Shown: positions 48,876 to 58,150 of the stretch, piece by piece
Position numbering within the stretch: the first letter of the stretch is position 1
Layout of the letters: every line of letters starts with the position of its first letter
Virus record (IMG/VR): IMGVR_UViG_2541046997_000001
Span: 99,307 to 163,306 of that record
DNA length: 64,000 nt
Direction: 5' to 3' (one strand)
From: a virus
Taxonomy: Duplodnaviria > Heunggongvirae > Uroviricota > Caudoviricetes
Notes under the pieces: generated by a model
The model's input: only the letters and a program-made list of their open reading frames with translations
Databases searched by the model: none
What the model was told of the DNA's origin: nothing
Translations under genes and position numbers: made by a program

Positions 48876-51800
48876 ATGAACTATAAAAATTTGATAGAAA
48901 AAATTATTCCAACCCTAACATTTAAGTTTCCGTATTCAGTTGATGATTATGCTGAAAATTTATACTTAGAAAATTATCATTGTCATAAAGATTTCAGTAA
49001 CGTAAGTACGGCAGATTGTGCTGAATCAATTGAAAATTACGCAAATAGAATTCATCAATTTGGAACAAAGTGTTTATTTTCTGGAGACCATGGTTCCCAA
49101 GGCAATCAGTTCTATGTATATAAAGTTGCAGAAAATGAAAAATTGAAATACATACATTCTTGTGAAGCATATTGGGTAAAAGACAGAAAAGAAAAAGATC
49201 GAGCAAATTGCCATATGGTTATTGCTGCGAAGAATGCGGAAGGGCGAGAAGATATAAACTATGCGTTGTCTATTGCAAATGAAGATGGGTATTATTATAA
49301 ACCAAGAATTGATTTAGAGTTGCTTTTTAATATCCCAAAAGACAATGTAATTGTAACTTCAGCATGTATATCTGGATGGAATTATGAGGATGCTGAAGAA
49401 ATCTGGCTAAAAATACATGATTATTTTGGCGATAATTTTTTCCTTGAAATACAATATCATAATACGGAAAAGCAAAAACGTTTAAATGAAAGAATTTTAT
49501 CTCTAGCAAAAAAGTATAATATTCAAATTATTTGTGGGTTGGACAGTCATTATGTAAAAGATGAAAATTCTGTTAAAAGAGATCAGATTTTAAAATATAA
49601 AGATATATCTTATCCAGATGAGTATGGATGGTATATGGATTATCCAGACACAAAAACAGTAATTTGCAGATTAAAAGAACAAGGAGTTTTATCAGATGAA
49701 GAAATCATGAGATCCATTATGAATACAAACGTATTTGTTTCTGAATGCGATGAAATTGTCCTTGATAGAACGTTCAAGATCCCAAGTGTTTGCAAAGGCA
49801 AAACTTACGAAGAAAAATGCAGAGTATATAAGAATCTTCTAAATGCTGCCTATGCAAAAGAAAAAGAAAAATCAAAAGAAAAAGCAAATGGAATTCGATA
49901 TGAAGCGAAAGAAGTAATAGAATCTAATGTTGTTGATTACTTTTTGACAAGTCAAAGAATAGTGCATGATGCAGTTAATAACGAAGGTGGAATTTTGACC
50001 AGAACGTCCAGAGGAAGCGCTGCTTCATTCATTACAAATAAGCTACTTGGATTAACAACGGTCGATAGATTCAATGCAGATATACCGATTTATCCTGAAA
50101 GATTCCTAACAAAAGAACGTGTACTTGCAGGTCAAATGCCCGATATTGATTTGAATGTTTCAGCTCAGGAACCATTTGTAAGAGCTACAAAAAAGCTATT
50201 AGGAGAACATGGTTGTTATCCGTTGATGGCTATAGAAAAATTAAAAGAAAAAGCAGCGTGGCAATTGTACGCGGGAGTAAATGATGTTAGTCCGGAAGAC
50301 GCTAATAAAATTTCGAAATATCTTGATGAGTATAATAAAGCATTAAAATACGCTGAAGATGATGAGAAAGATGATATCCATGTCGAAGACTTTATTCCAA
50401 ATGAATATGTAGAATTATTTAAAAGAAGTAATGAGTATCAAGGAATTACAATAAATTTAAAGGTTCATGCTTGTGGTCACTTTATTTTTGATGGAGATAT
50501 CAGAAGAGAGGTGGGATTAATCAGTGCTGTATCTGAAACAACTGGAAAGAGAACTTTATGTGCTGCTATTGAAGGTGGAATGCTGGATGAATTTGGATAT
50601 GTAAAAGAAGACTTTCTCATTGTAGACAGTGTGTCTCTTACATACAAATTCTTTAATGCAATAGGAAGAGAAGTTCCTACATTTGATGAACTAAGACATA
50701 TGATTGACGGGGATAAACTGACATGGGATATCTATGAAAAAGGGATCACTTGTTGCATTAATCAATGTGAAAAAGAAGCTACTACAAATAGAGTAAAGAA
50801 ATATAAACCCAAAACTTTAGCGGAGTTAAGTAGTTTCATTGCAGCTATTAGACCAGGGTTTGCTTCGCTTTTAAGTACGTTTTTGAATAGAGAATATTAT
50901 ACAACAGGTGAGTCTAAAATTGATGAGTTATTACAAGATACTGCTCATTTTATGATTTACCAAGAATCAATTATGAAAGTTTTATCATTTCTTAAATTGG
51001 AAATGGGGGAAACATATGGAGTAATTAAATCTATTTCAAAGAAGAAATTAAAAGGCGAAAAAAAGAAAAACTTACTTAATGATTTGACGGATTCCTGGAT
51101 AGAAGAGTTTCATAATAAAAATAATTTCAATAATGTTTGGAATGTAATTGAAGACTCTGCCAGATACGCATTTAATGCTCCTCATGCTTACAGTATGGGA
51201 GGGGACAGTGCATATCAGGCGTGGTTCAAGGCACATTATACAGCAACGTTTTATGAGGTGGCGATTAACCACTATCAAGAAAAGGGAAATAAAGATAAAA
51301 TCGACGCACTCATTAAAGAAGCAATTAAGTTTTTTGGCTATAAATTTGGTGACTATGAATTTGGGGTAGATAATAGAAGAGTTGTTATAGATGAAGAAAA
51401 TAAAATTATTTATCCAAATTTATCTAAGATAAAAGGATTTGGAGAAGGCGTTGCGGAGGCTTTGTATAATATTGGAAAACAAGATTACGAAAATTTTATA
51501 GAAGTAATTTCAGCGGCTCTTAAAAATTCTATTAGTAAGACTATTTTGAAAAATCTTATTAAGATAAAGTATTTCAAAAAATACGGAGATGTCAACACTC
51601 TTTTAGCCACTTTTAAATATTATAACCTATTAAAAGGAGGGGAGACCAAAGTAATTTCTAAAGAAAAGGCAATGGATAATAATTTAACTTTTGATTTGCT
51701 CAATAAATATGGAAATGAAACGGAAAAACAATTCAATAAAATTGATTCAAAAGGGTTACTAAATGAATTGACAAATACGATTGAGTACAAACCTTTGACA

Positions 51801-52166
51801 GTAAAAGAAGAATTAGACAATCAAAAAGATATTCTTGATATCATTACATATATAAATCCAAAAGTTAGCAAAAGATTATACTATGTCGATATTTTGGATG
51901 AAAAGAAAACGGTTACAAATATTTCTTTATATGAGATATACAGTGGGAAAACACGTAAAGTCAAGATGTGGACAAGTCAATTTTCAAGAAATCCATTTTC
52001 AGAAAAAGACTTATTAAATATACATGTCATTGAAAAGAAGCATAAGAAAGAGTCTACAGGAGAAATAAACCCAAAGACAGGAAAGAAAATCTATGCAGAT
52101 GTTCCAGACAAATTTGAATACTGGTTGAAAGCTTACACAATAAAAAGAGAGGATGATAATTTATAA
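48876..52166 (+). CDS. dnaE: DNA polymerase III alpha-subunit family (DnaE-type) replicative polymerase with an N-terminal PHP domain.
   Basis: PHP motifs NYHCHKDFS...DHG. 1096 aa with palm/fingers-like regions typical of DnaE. Confidence 0.8.
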   Translation: MNYKNLIEKIIPTLTFKFPYSVDDYAENLYLENYHCHKDFSNVSTADCAESIENYANRIHQFGTKCLFSGDHGSQGNQFYVYKVAENEKLKYIHSCEAYWVKDRKEKDRANCHMVIAAKNAEGREDINYALSIANEDGYYYKPRIDLELLFNIPKDNVIVTSACISGWNYEDAEEIWLKIHDYFGDNFFLEIQYHNTEKQKRLNERILSLAKKYNIQIICGLDSHYVKDENSVKRDQILKYKDISYPDEYGWYMDYPDTKTVICRLKEQGVLSDEEIMRSIMNTNVFVSECDEIVLDRTFKIPSVCKGKTYEEKCRVYKNLLNAAYAKEKEKSKEKANGIRYEAKEVIESNVVDYFLTSQRIVHDAVNNEGGILTRTSRGSAASFITNKLLGLTTVDRFNADIPIYPERFLTKERVLAGQMPDIDLNVSAQEPFVRATKKLLGEHGCYPLMAIEKLKEKAAWQLYAGVNDVSPEDANKISKYLDEYNKALKYAEDDEKDDIHVEDFIPNEYVELFKRSNEYQGITINLKVHACGHFIFDGDIRREVGLISAVSETTGKRTLCAAIEGGMLDEFGYVKEDFLIVDSVSLTYKFFNAIGREVPTFDELRHMIDGDKLTWDIYEKGITCCINQCEKEATTNRVKKYKPKTLAELSSFIAAIRPGFASLLSTFLNREYYTTGESKIDELLQDTAHFMIYQESIMKVLSFLKLEMGETYGVIKSISKKKLKGEKKKNLLNDLTDSWIEEFHNKNNFNNVWNVIEDSARYAFNAPHAYSMGGDSAYQAWFKAHYTATFYEVAINHYQEKGNKDKIDALIKEAIKFFGYKFGDYEFGVDNRRVVIDEENKIIYPNLSKIKGFGEGVAEALYNIGKQDYENFIEVISAALKNSISKTILKNLIKIKYFKKYGDVNTLLATFKYYNLLKGGETKVISKEKAMDNNLTFDLLNKYGNETEKQFNKIDSKGLLNELTNTIEYKPLTVKEELDNQKDILDIITYINPKVSKRLYYVDILDEKKTVTNISLYEIYSGKTRKVKMWTSQFSRNPFSEKDLLNIHVIEKKHKKESTGEINPKTGKKIYADVPDKFEYWLKAYTIKREDDNL

Positions 52167-52179
52167 AATATTATTACAC

Positions 52180-52224
52180 TGCAGCACAATTAAAAGAACT
52201 TGTATCTCATATGGTTGTGCTGCA
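52180..52224. promoter_or_regulatory. 10-bp perfect inverted repeat (TGCAGCACAA ... TTGTGCTGCA) spanning the start codon of the next gene.
   Basis: Arms at 52180-52189 and 52215-52224. The ATG at 52211 would lie in the stem. Confidence 0.35.
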
Positions 52225-52693
52225 CACAGGCAATGAGCAAAAAAATAAACATATCTTAGATTATTTTGATCAGAAAGGAATCAAGCATAAATCAAAAGCA
52301 CTAAAAACGGGAGATTATAGTTTTATGATTGAAACGTGTCCGGAATTAGGATTTATGAAAGATACTTATTTTACAGATGAACTGTGTATTGAGAGGAAAA
52401 ATTCTATTGGAGAATTGGCAGGGAATATCAAAGAAAAGGATGAACGATTCTTTAAGGAATTAAATCGTATGATAAATATTAAAAATTCGTATCTTTTAAT
52501 AGAAAATAATTCTTTGGATGACATTATTGAACATCGTTATGATTCACAATATAACGAATTAGCTTTCATAAGAAGATTGCTTGGAATACAAAAGACTGCA
52601 AATTTATATGTAAATTTCGTTAAGAAAGAGAACATGGGATTTATTATTTATGAGATTTGCTATGGCGCATTAATGAATCATATTTTGAAATAA
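52211..52693 (+). CDS. ERCC4-type (XPF/Mus81/Hef-like) nuclease-domain protein.
   Basis: GDYSF ... ELCIERKNSIGELAGN matches the ERCC4 GDY...ERK..DL signature. Confidence 0.5.
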   Translation: MVVLHTGNEQKNKHILDYFDQKGIKHKSKALKTGDYSFMIETCPELGFMKDTYFTDELCIERKNSIGELAGNIKEKDERFFKELNRMINIKNSYLLIENNSLDDIIEHRYDSQYNELAFIRRLLGIQKTANLYVNFVKKENMGFIIYEICYGALMNHILK

Positions 52694-52708
52694 AAGGAGT
52701 TAACAATC

Positions 52709-52978
52709 ATGAATAAATTTCAAATATATCTATTTGTTGGGGGTTTAATTCTTATTGTTTTGTATGTTGTAGGAGTAATTTTGGACTCCATTACTACAGC
52801 AAAAAGAAACCAAACTTATCAAGAATATGTAGAAACTATTCGGAATCAAAATTCACTACTTATAGAAGATATAAATGTAAGCAATAAGATTTTAGAATTA
52901 CTTTTAAATAAGATGTGTGAAGATAAAAAAGAAAATGACACTTATGAGGAGGAAGAGAAAAATGAAGAAAATGCTTGA
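52709..52978 (+). CDS. Small membrane protein.
   Basis: N-terminal TM helix. RBS AAAGGAGTTAAC. Confidence 0.5.
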   Translation: MNKFQIYLFVGGLILIVLYVVGVILDSITTAKRNQTYQEYVETIRNQNSLLIEDINVSNKILELLLNKMCEDKKENDTYEEEEKNEENA

Positions 52979-53270
52979 TGAATTAAGAAAAATTGTTAGT
53001 AGCGATTGTGATTTTACAGTAGATATTAATCCGGTTGATTTCCGGGTTAATATTTCAAGAGAAATATGGGAGAGTAATGCTTTTTCTGTAGTATATTCCG
53101 GTATGTCTGAATCGCCATTTTTAGATGTCGATGATCAATGTGAGGAATTACAGTATGCTTTAAATTTACATATGATTAAAAATATTTTAAATATTATGAA
53201 TTGGATGGAAGAAAATCTTGATGAAATTAAACAATGCATTTGTGTATGCGGAAAGGCGGTGCAATTTTAG
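52917..53270 (+). CDS. Hypothetical protein. The likely start is ATG 52962.
   Basis: ORF only. Confidence 0.45.
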   Translation: MKIKKKMTLMRRKRKMKKMLDELRKIVSSDCDFTVDINPVDFRVNISREIWESNAFSVVYSGMSESPFLDVDDQCEELQYALNLHMIKNILNIMNWMEENLDEIKQCICVCGKAVQF

Positions 53271-53483
53271 TTGATTACAACTACGAGACAAGCTATTGCA
53301 GCTTTACAGAAAATTGAAAAAGAAAGTGGAGAAAAATTTTTAGTAGTAGTAGATGATTATGACAATGAGTATCAGATTGAATATGTTAAAAGACATAATT
53401 TACATTCTGATAATCCATATGATTTTTGTCATGCTCTAAAAATTAAAGGAAACCATATGGGTTGTATTAAAAGAGGTGTTTAA
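53271..53483 (+). CDS. Hypothetical protein.
   Basis: ORF only. Confidence 0.4.
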   Translation: MITTTRQAIAALQKIEKESGEKFLVVVDDYDNEYQIEYVKRHNLHSDNPYDFCHALKIKGNHMGCIKRGV

Positions 53484-54327
53484 TATGAAGTCGTGCAAAG
53501 AATATGCTAGTGAATGCAAAGAGCAATTAAAAAAAGCAATTGAAATAAAGAAGAGATTGTTATACAGACAACCTGTCTTGGCGGTCGTACAGATTGGGGA
53601 TGATGCGGCGAGTTCTTCTTATATAAAAGGAAAGCTTAAAGATTGTGAAGATGTTGGAATGGTTTGTAAACACATTCATTTAGAAGAAAATGAAAATGAT
53701 ACATATAGTGTCTCGAAGATTTTATTAGAACTAAGTGAAGATGTTGATTATGACGGGATTATTCTTCAACTTCCTATTCCTGATAAATTCGACTTACTTG
53801 TTTTACAAAATTGTATCTCACCAGAAAAAGATGTGGATGGATTTAGAAAAGATAGTATGTTTGATCCATGCACTCCAAAAGGAGTTATTGGTTGGTTAGA
53901 CAATAACAAATATGATTATGAAGGCAAAAAAGCAATTGTAATCGGGAGAAGTAATATCGTAGGAAAACCACTCGTTAATATGCTTATCGAAAAAGGAGCT
54001 ACGGTTACAAGTTGTAACAGTATGACTAAAGATTTAAAAGATTACACAGGTAATGCGGATTTAATTATTTCAGCTATCGGGAAACCTAAATATTTTTCAA
54101 GTTCATATTTTTACACAAATCAAGTAATTGTAGATGTAGGAATTAATAGAGATGAAAATGGGAAATTGTGTGGGGACATTGATTATGATGATGTTCGTAG
54201 ATGGGGGAATACATATGTGACACCTGTTCCGGGTGGAGTAGGTTTGCTTACGAGAGTAGCATTGCTACAAAACACATTTGAAGCTTACCGAAGAAAAATT
54301 GAAGGAGAATTATTGTATGAAAATTAA
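53476..54327 (+). CDS. folD: Bifunctional methylene-THF dehydrogenase / methenyl-THF cyclohydrolase FolD.
   Basis: LAVVQIGDDAASSSYIKGK, IGRSNIVGKP and PVPGGVGLLT motifs. Confidence 0.85.
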   Translation: MFNMKSCKEYASECKEQLKKAIEIKKRLLYRQPVLAVVQIGDDAASSSYIKGKLKDCEDVGMVCKHIHLEENENDTYSVSKILLELSEDVDYDGIILQLPIPDKFDLLVLQNCISPEKDVDGFRKDSMFDPCTPKGVIGWLDNNKYDYEGKKAIVIGRSNIVGKPLVNMLIEKGATVTSCNSMTKDLKDYTGNADLIISAIGKPKYFSSSYFYTNQVIVDVGINRDENGKLCGDIDYDDVRRWGNTYVTPVPGGVGLLTRVALLQNTFEAYRRKIEGELLYEN

Positions 54328-54556
54328 GTTAAATAAAATTACAGATATTAATTATTTTTCATCATCGTGTTCTAAGTATTATTCAGAAGTGATTATGACA
54401 AAACAAGATCGACAAATTATTGATGCGAAAAGTTTATTGGGACTATATAGCTTAGATTTATTAAGACCAATTGATGTAGTTATCGAAACAGATGATAAAG
54501 ACGTTGAAAATAATTTTTATGATTTTATTAGCCAATGGAAAGTTGAGGAAGCATAA
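54317..54556 (+). CDS. HPr-fold (PTS phosphocarrier-like) small protein that lacks the active-site His motif.
   Basis: IIDAKSLLGLYSLDLLRPIDVVIETDDKD aligns with HPr ...NAKSIMGVMSLGV..G..ITI..DGADE. There is no HARPA motif. The ATG overlaps the FolD stop (ATGAAAATTAA). Confidence 0.4.
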   Translation: MKIKLNKITDINYFSSSCSKYYSEVIMTKQDRQIIDAKSLLGLYSLDLLRPIDVVIETDDKDVENNFYDFISQWKVEEA

Positions 54557-55252
54557 ATGGAAATGAGAAATACTGAAGTTTGGGGATTTAAACACGCTAT
54601 TAGAGGAATGAGACAACCTATGAATAGCCATCACAAATCAGATAGCGGATATTGTAATGAGCTGGAATTTGATTGTCCGAAATGTGTTCTTTCTGAGAAC
54701 TGCCTTATGAAGAGAGATGATAATCAGATGTTCCCATTTGTGATCGGGGAAAATGATATGAATTTAGCCCAGCGATTAATTAAAGGTGGAACAGAACATA
54801 GAAAGTTTTTACGTCAGATTATGGCATCGGTAGATATTACAGCTCCGTTATTCTGGTGGAAAGAGTTTGATACCTATAAAATTGGTACTACTGCCAATAG
54901 TACAAGTACCATGCATAAGTTAGCCTCAACATCTATTACAACGGATTGCTTTGAGTTAAGTGATTATACTAAAAAAGATAAATTTTTTCTAAATTTTATT
55001 AATCACTTGGAAGAGCTAAGAAAACAATATTTAGAATCCAAAAATAAAACTATTTGGAAGACATTAATTGAAGAACTCCCTGAATCATGGTTACAAACAA
55101 GAACAGTAACTATGAATTATGAAAATTTAAGGAATATGTACTTCCAAAGAAAAAATCATAAATTAACCGAATGGTCAGAAATATTTATTGAGTGGGTAGA
55201 TACATTACCATATGCAGCTGAATTAATCAAATATACAGGAGGTGATAGGTAA
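54557..55252 (+). CDS. ThyX-fold (flavin-dependent thymidylate-synthase family) protein with a non-canonical active site.
   Basis: Aligns with ThyX around APLFWWKEF (ThyX APIFVARQWF) and TV..N.ENLR...H..EWSEI. The ThyX RHRxxxxxxxS signature is replaced by TYKIGTTANST. The FAD-binding His position reads LRQ. Confidence 0.55.
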   Translation: MEMRNTEVWGFKHAIRGMRQPMNSHHKSDSGYCNELEFDCPKCVLSENCLMKRDDNQMFPFVIGENDMNLAQRLIKGGTEHRKFLRQIMASVDITAPLFWWKEFDTYKIGTTANSTSTMHKLASTSITTDCFELSDYTKKDKFFLNFINHLEELRKQYLESKNKTIWKTLIEELPESWLQTRTVTMNYENLRNMYFQRKNHKLTEWSEIFIEWVDTLPYAAELIKYTGGDR

Positions 55253-55804
55253 ATGTTAGTTCTTATGGGTAAGACAGCAAGCGGGAAGGATACAGTTTTG
55301 AATAGACTTGTAAAAGAGCATGGGTATAAAAAAATTGTGACCTATACCACAAGACCTAAACGAAAAAAGGAAATTCAAGATGTAACATATCATTTTATCA
55401 GTGAAAATGAATTTAAAGAGAAAATAGAATCTGGATTCTTTTTGGAATATAAAGAACATCATTCTTCACAAGGAACATGGTATTACGGTTCTGCAAAAGA
55501 AGATTATGAAAAATCCGATGAAAAAACTTTGATTATTTTGACTCCAGATGGATATCGAGATTTTTTAAGAGAATATCCTAATATGGATCATACATCAATT
55601 TACTTATATTCCAACAACAAAACTCTTGAGAATAGACTTATTAAACGAGGAGATGATCCTAAAGAGGCAAAAAGAAGATTGGATTCAGACAATAAAGACT
55701 TTAAATGTGCTCAAGATTGGGCTGATAAGATTGTTTACAATAATGAAAATAATTCGGTTGATGATGTGGTAAATAAAATTTTAGAGTATGTAAACGCAAG
55801 GTAA
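55253..55804 (+). CDS. Guanylate-kinase-family (d)NMP kinase.
   Basis: P-loop GKTASGKDT, TYTTRPKRKKEIQDVTYHFIS and FFLEYKEH...WYYGS match GMP-kinase motifs. Confidence 0.7.
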   Translation: MLVLMGKTASGKDTVLNRLVKEHGYKKIVTYTTRPKRKKEIQDVTYHFISENEFKEKIESGFFLEYKEHHSSQGTWYYGSAKEDYEKSDEKTLIILTPDGYRDFLREYPNMDHTSIYLYSNNKTLENRLIKRGDDPKEAKRRLDSDNKDFKCAQDWADKIVYNNENNSVDDVVNKILEYVNAR

Positions 55805-55860
55805 TTATTCGTGCTGCACAATGCATGAAATAAAAAATATTATACTAGGAGGAAAAATTA

Positions 55861-58083
55861 TTGAAGGTAATTAAAAGAGATGGTAGAACGGTAGAATTTA
55901 ACAAGGACAAGATTAAAAACGCTATTTTGAAAGCATACAATGATATAGATAAAAATAGCGAAAATAATAATGCAAAGGCAAAGGCTTCAGAAATCGCCAA
56001 TCATATTTCCAATATGGGCAAAGATATGTGTGTTGAGGATATTCAGGATATTGTAGAAGAAAAACTTATGGCTTCCAACAGAAAAGATGTGGCAAGGGCA
56101 TATATTTTATATAGGAATAATCGAACAAAAATTCGTGAAAATAAAACGCAGCTTATGAAAGAAATTTCAGAGAAGCTTATGGCATCAAATGTCCAGAATC
56201 AAAATGCAAATGTTGATGAAAAATCTTTTGGAGGCAGGATTGGCGAAGCAAGTGATGCTGTACTAAAAAAATATGCATTAGATAATTGTATGTCTGAAAT
56301 GGCAAAAGAAAATCATATTAATAATGAAATTTATATTCATGATTTAAATAGCTATGCAATTGGAATGCATAACTGCTTAAGCATTCCGTTTGACAAACTA
56401 CTTGCAAGAGGATTTAATACCAGACAAACAGACGTTAGACCAGCAAATTCTGTAAATACTGCATTTCAATTGGTCGCAGTGATTTTTCAATTACAATCAC
56501 TCATGCAGTTTGGCGGAGTATCTGCAACACACATTGATTGGACAATGGTTCCATATGTTAGAAAGAGTTTTAGAAAGCATTATATTAATGGATTAAAATA
56601 TATCGAAGAGATCAATGATGCAAATCTTTTTAATCATATTCCAGAAGATGCCGGGATTGAAGATGGAGAATATAAACTTTATGATAAAGCATTCGAGTAT
56701 GCAATGGATATGACTGAAAAAGAAGTGTATCAAGCCGTAGAAGGCTTATACCATAATCTAAATACGCTTCAATCACGTTCTGGTAATCAACTCCCATTTA
56801 CTTCTATCAATTATGGAACTTGTACATTGCCTGAAGGAAGAATGGTTATTAAGGCGTTGCTAGAAGTTTCTATTAATGGTATTGGGAAATTACATAAAAC
56901 ATCTGTTTTCCCATGCGGAATTTTTCAATGTATGAATGGTGTAAATAGAAAACCAGGTGAACCAAATTATGATTTATTTAAATTGGCATTACGATCAACG
57001 GCACAAAGGTTGTATCCGAACTATGCTAATGTGGATTGGAGTGGAAATGAAGGGTACGACAAAAACGACCCGAAAACATATTTTAGTACAATGGGTTGTA
57101 GAACAGCAAACGGATGGGATATTAATGGATTTGGACAATTAAAAGATGGTAGAGGTAATATTTGTCCGGTAACGATTATTTTGCCAACATTAGCTATGAA
57201 AGCAAAAGAACTTGCAAATCAGTGGAGTGTTGAACCAAACAAAGCAACCGAAAGCGATGTAATTGATTCTTTTATGGGATTATTGGAAGAAAAAATTTAT
57301 GAAGCTAAAGATATGTTAATTGAAAGATTTCAGTTAATTTGTCAACAATCATCTGATTCAGCAAAGTTCATGTATGAAAATGGAGTTATGGAAGGTTATG
57401 ATGGAAAGAATATTTACTCCGCACTAAAACATGGAACGCTCGCAGTAGGACAACTTGGTTTAGCAGAAACACTTCAAATTCTGATTGGGTGTGATCATAC
57501 AACAAAAAAAGGAATGGATCTTGCTAAACAGATCGAACAATTATTTAAAGATAAATGTTCAGATTTTAAGGAAGAATATTCTCTTAACTTTGGGGTTTAC
57601 TATACTCCGGCAGAAAATTTATGCTTTACAGCAATGAAGAAATTCAAAGAAAAATACGGCGTAATTCCAAATGTGTCAGATAAAGAATTTTTTACGAATA
57701 GCATTCATGTTCCTGTTTGGAAATCTATGACACCTATGGAAAAGATTGACATTGAATCACAATTAACTGGATATAGTTCTGCTGGTTGTATTACATATGT
57801 AGAACTTGAAGGAAGTGTAAAAAACAACATCGACGCATTAGAGACGATTGTTAATTACGCAATGGACAAAGATATTCCATATTTTGCAGTCAACGTACCA
57901 AACGATATGTGTACCAATTGTGGATATTGTGATGATATTAATAATACATGTCCTATGTGCGGATGTGGAGAAATCAGAAGATTGCGAAGAGTAACCGGGT
58001 ACTTAACAGGAGATTATAAAACAGCATTTAATATTGGAAAACAACAAGAAGTTGAAATGCGTGTGAAACATCAGAAATTTTAA
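55861..58083 (+). CDS. nrdD: Anaerobic ribonucleoside-triphosphate reductase NrdD (class III RNR). It starts with TTG.
   Basis: N-terminal ATP cone (VIKRDGRTVEFNKDKI), C-terminal zinc ribbon CTNCG...CPMCGC, and glycyl-radical motif RRVTGYL. Confidence 0.9.
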   Translation: MKVIKRDGRTVEFNKDKIKNAILKAYNDIDKNSENNNAKAKASEIANHISNMGKDMCVEDIQDIVEEKLMASNRKDVARAYILYRNNRTKIRENKTQLMKEISEKLMASNVQNQNANVDEKSFGGRIGEASDAVLKKYALDNCMSEMAKENHINNEIYIHDLNSYAIGMHNCLSIPFDKLLARGFNTRQTDVRPANSVNTAFQLVAVIFQLQSLMQFGGVSATHIDWTMVPYVRKSFRKHYINGLKYIEEINDANLFNHIPEDAGIEDGEYKLYDKAFEYAMDMTEKEVYQAVEGLYHNLNTLQSRSGNQLPFTSINYGTCTLPEGRMVIKALLEVSINGIGKLHKTSVFPCGIFQCMNGVNRKPGEPNYDLFKLALRSTAQRLYPNYANVDWSGNEGYDKNDPKTYFSTMGCRTANGWDINGFGQLKDGRGNICPVTIILPTLAMKAKELANQWSVEPNKATESDVIDSFMGLLEEKIYEAKDMLIERFQLICQQSSDSAKFMYENGVMEGYDGKNIYSALKHGTLAVGQLGLAETLQILIGCDHTTKKGMDLAKQIEQLFKDKCSDFKEEYSLNFGVYYTPAENLCFTAMKKFKEKYGVIPNVSDKEFFTNSIHVPVWKSMTPMEKIDIESQLTGYSSAGCITYVELEGSVKNNIDALETIVNYAMDKDIPYFAVNVPNDMCTNCGYCDDINNTCPMCGCGEIRRLRRVTGYLTGDYKTAFNIGKQQEVEMRVKHQKF

Positions 58084-58150
58084 TATCTCAAAAGAGAATA
58101 AATAATCATAACAAATTATTACGATTATTTATTGAAAAGGAGATATTAAA

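Noticed and set aside
54557-55252. Ordinary flavin-dependent thymidylate synthase ThyX.
   Set aside because: The diagnostic RHRxxxxxxxS motif is absent at the aligned position, which reads TYKIGTTANST. I called it only ThyX-fold.
52217-55820. Recurrent GTGCTGCACA 10-mer (52217, 55811; 9-mer also at 22513) as a shared regulatory motif of nucleotide-metabolism genes.
   Set aside because: Two of the three copies lie in coding sequence (Ala-Ala codons GCT GCA), and the number of occurrences is too low to separate from chance.
48876-58083. Inteins or group I introns in dnaE or nrdD, which are common in large phages.
   Set aside because: Both ORFs are continuous and have expected lengths (1096 aa and 740 aa). 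There are no internal HNH/LAGLIDADG blocks. The homing endonucleases are free-standing.
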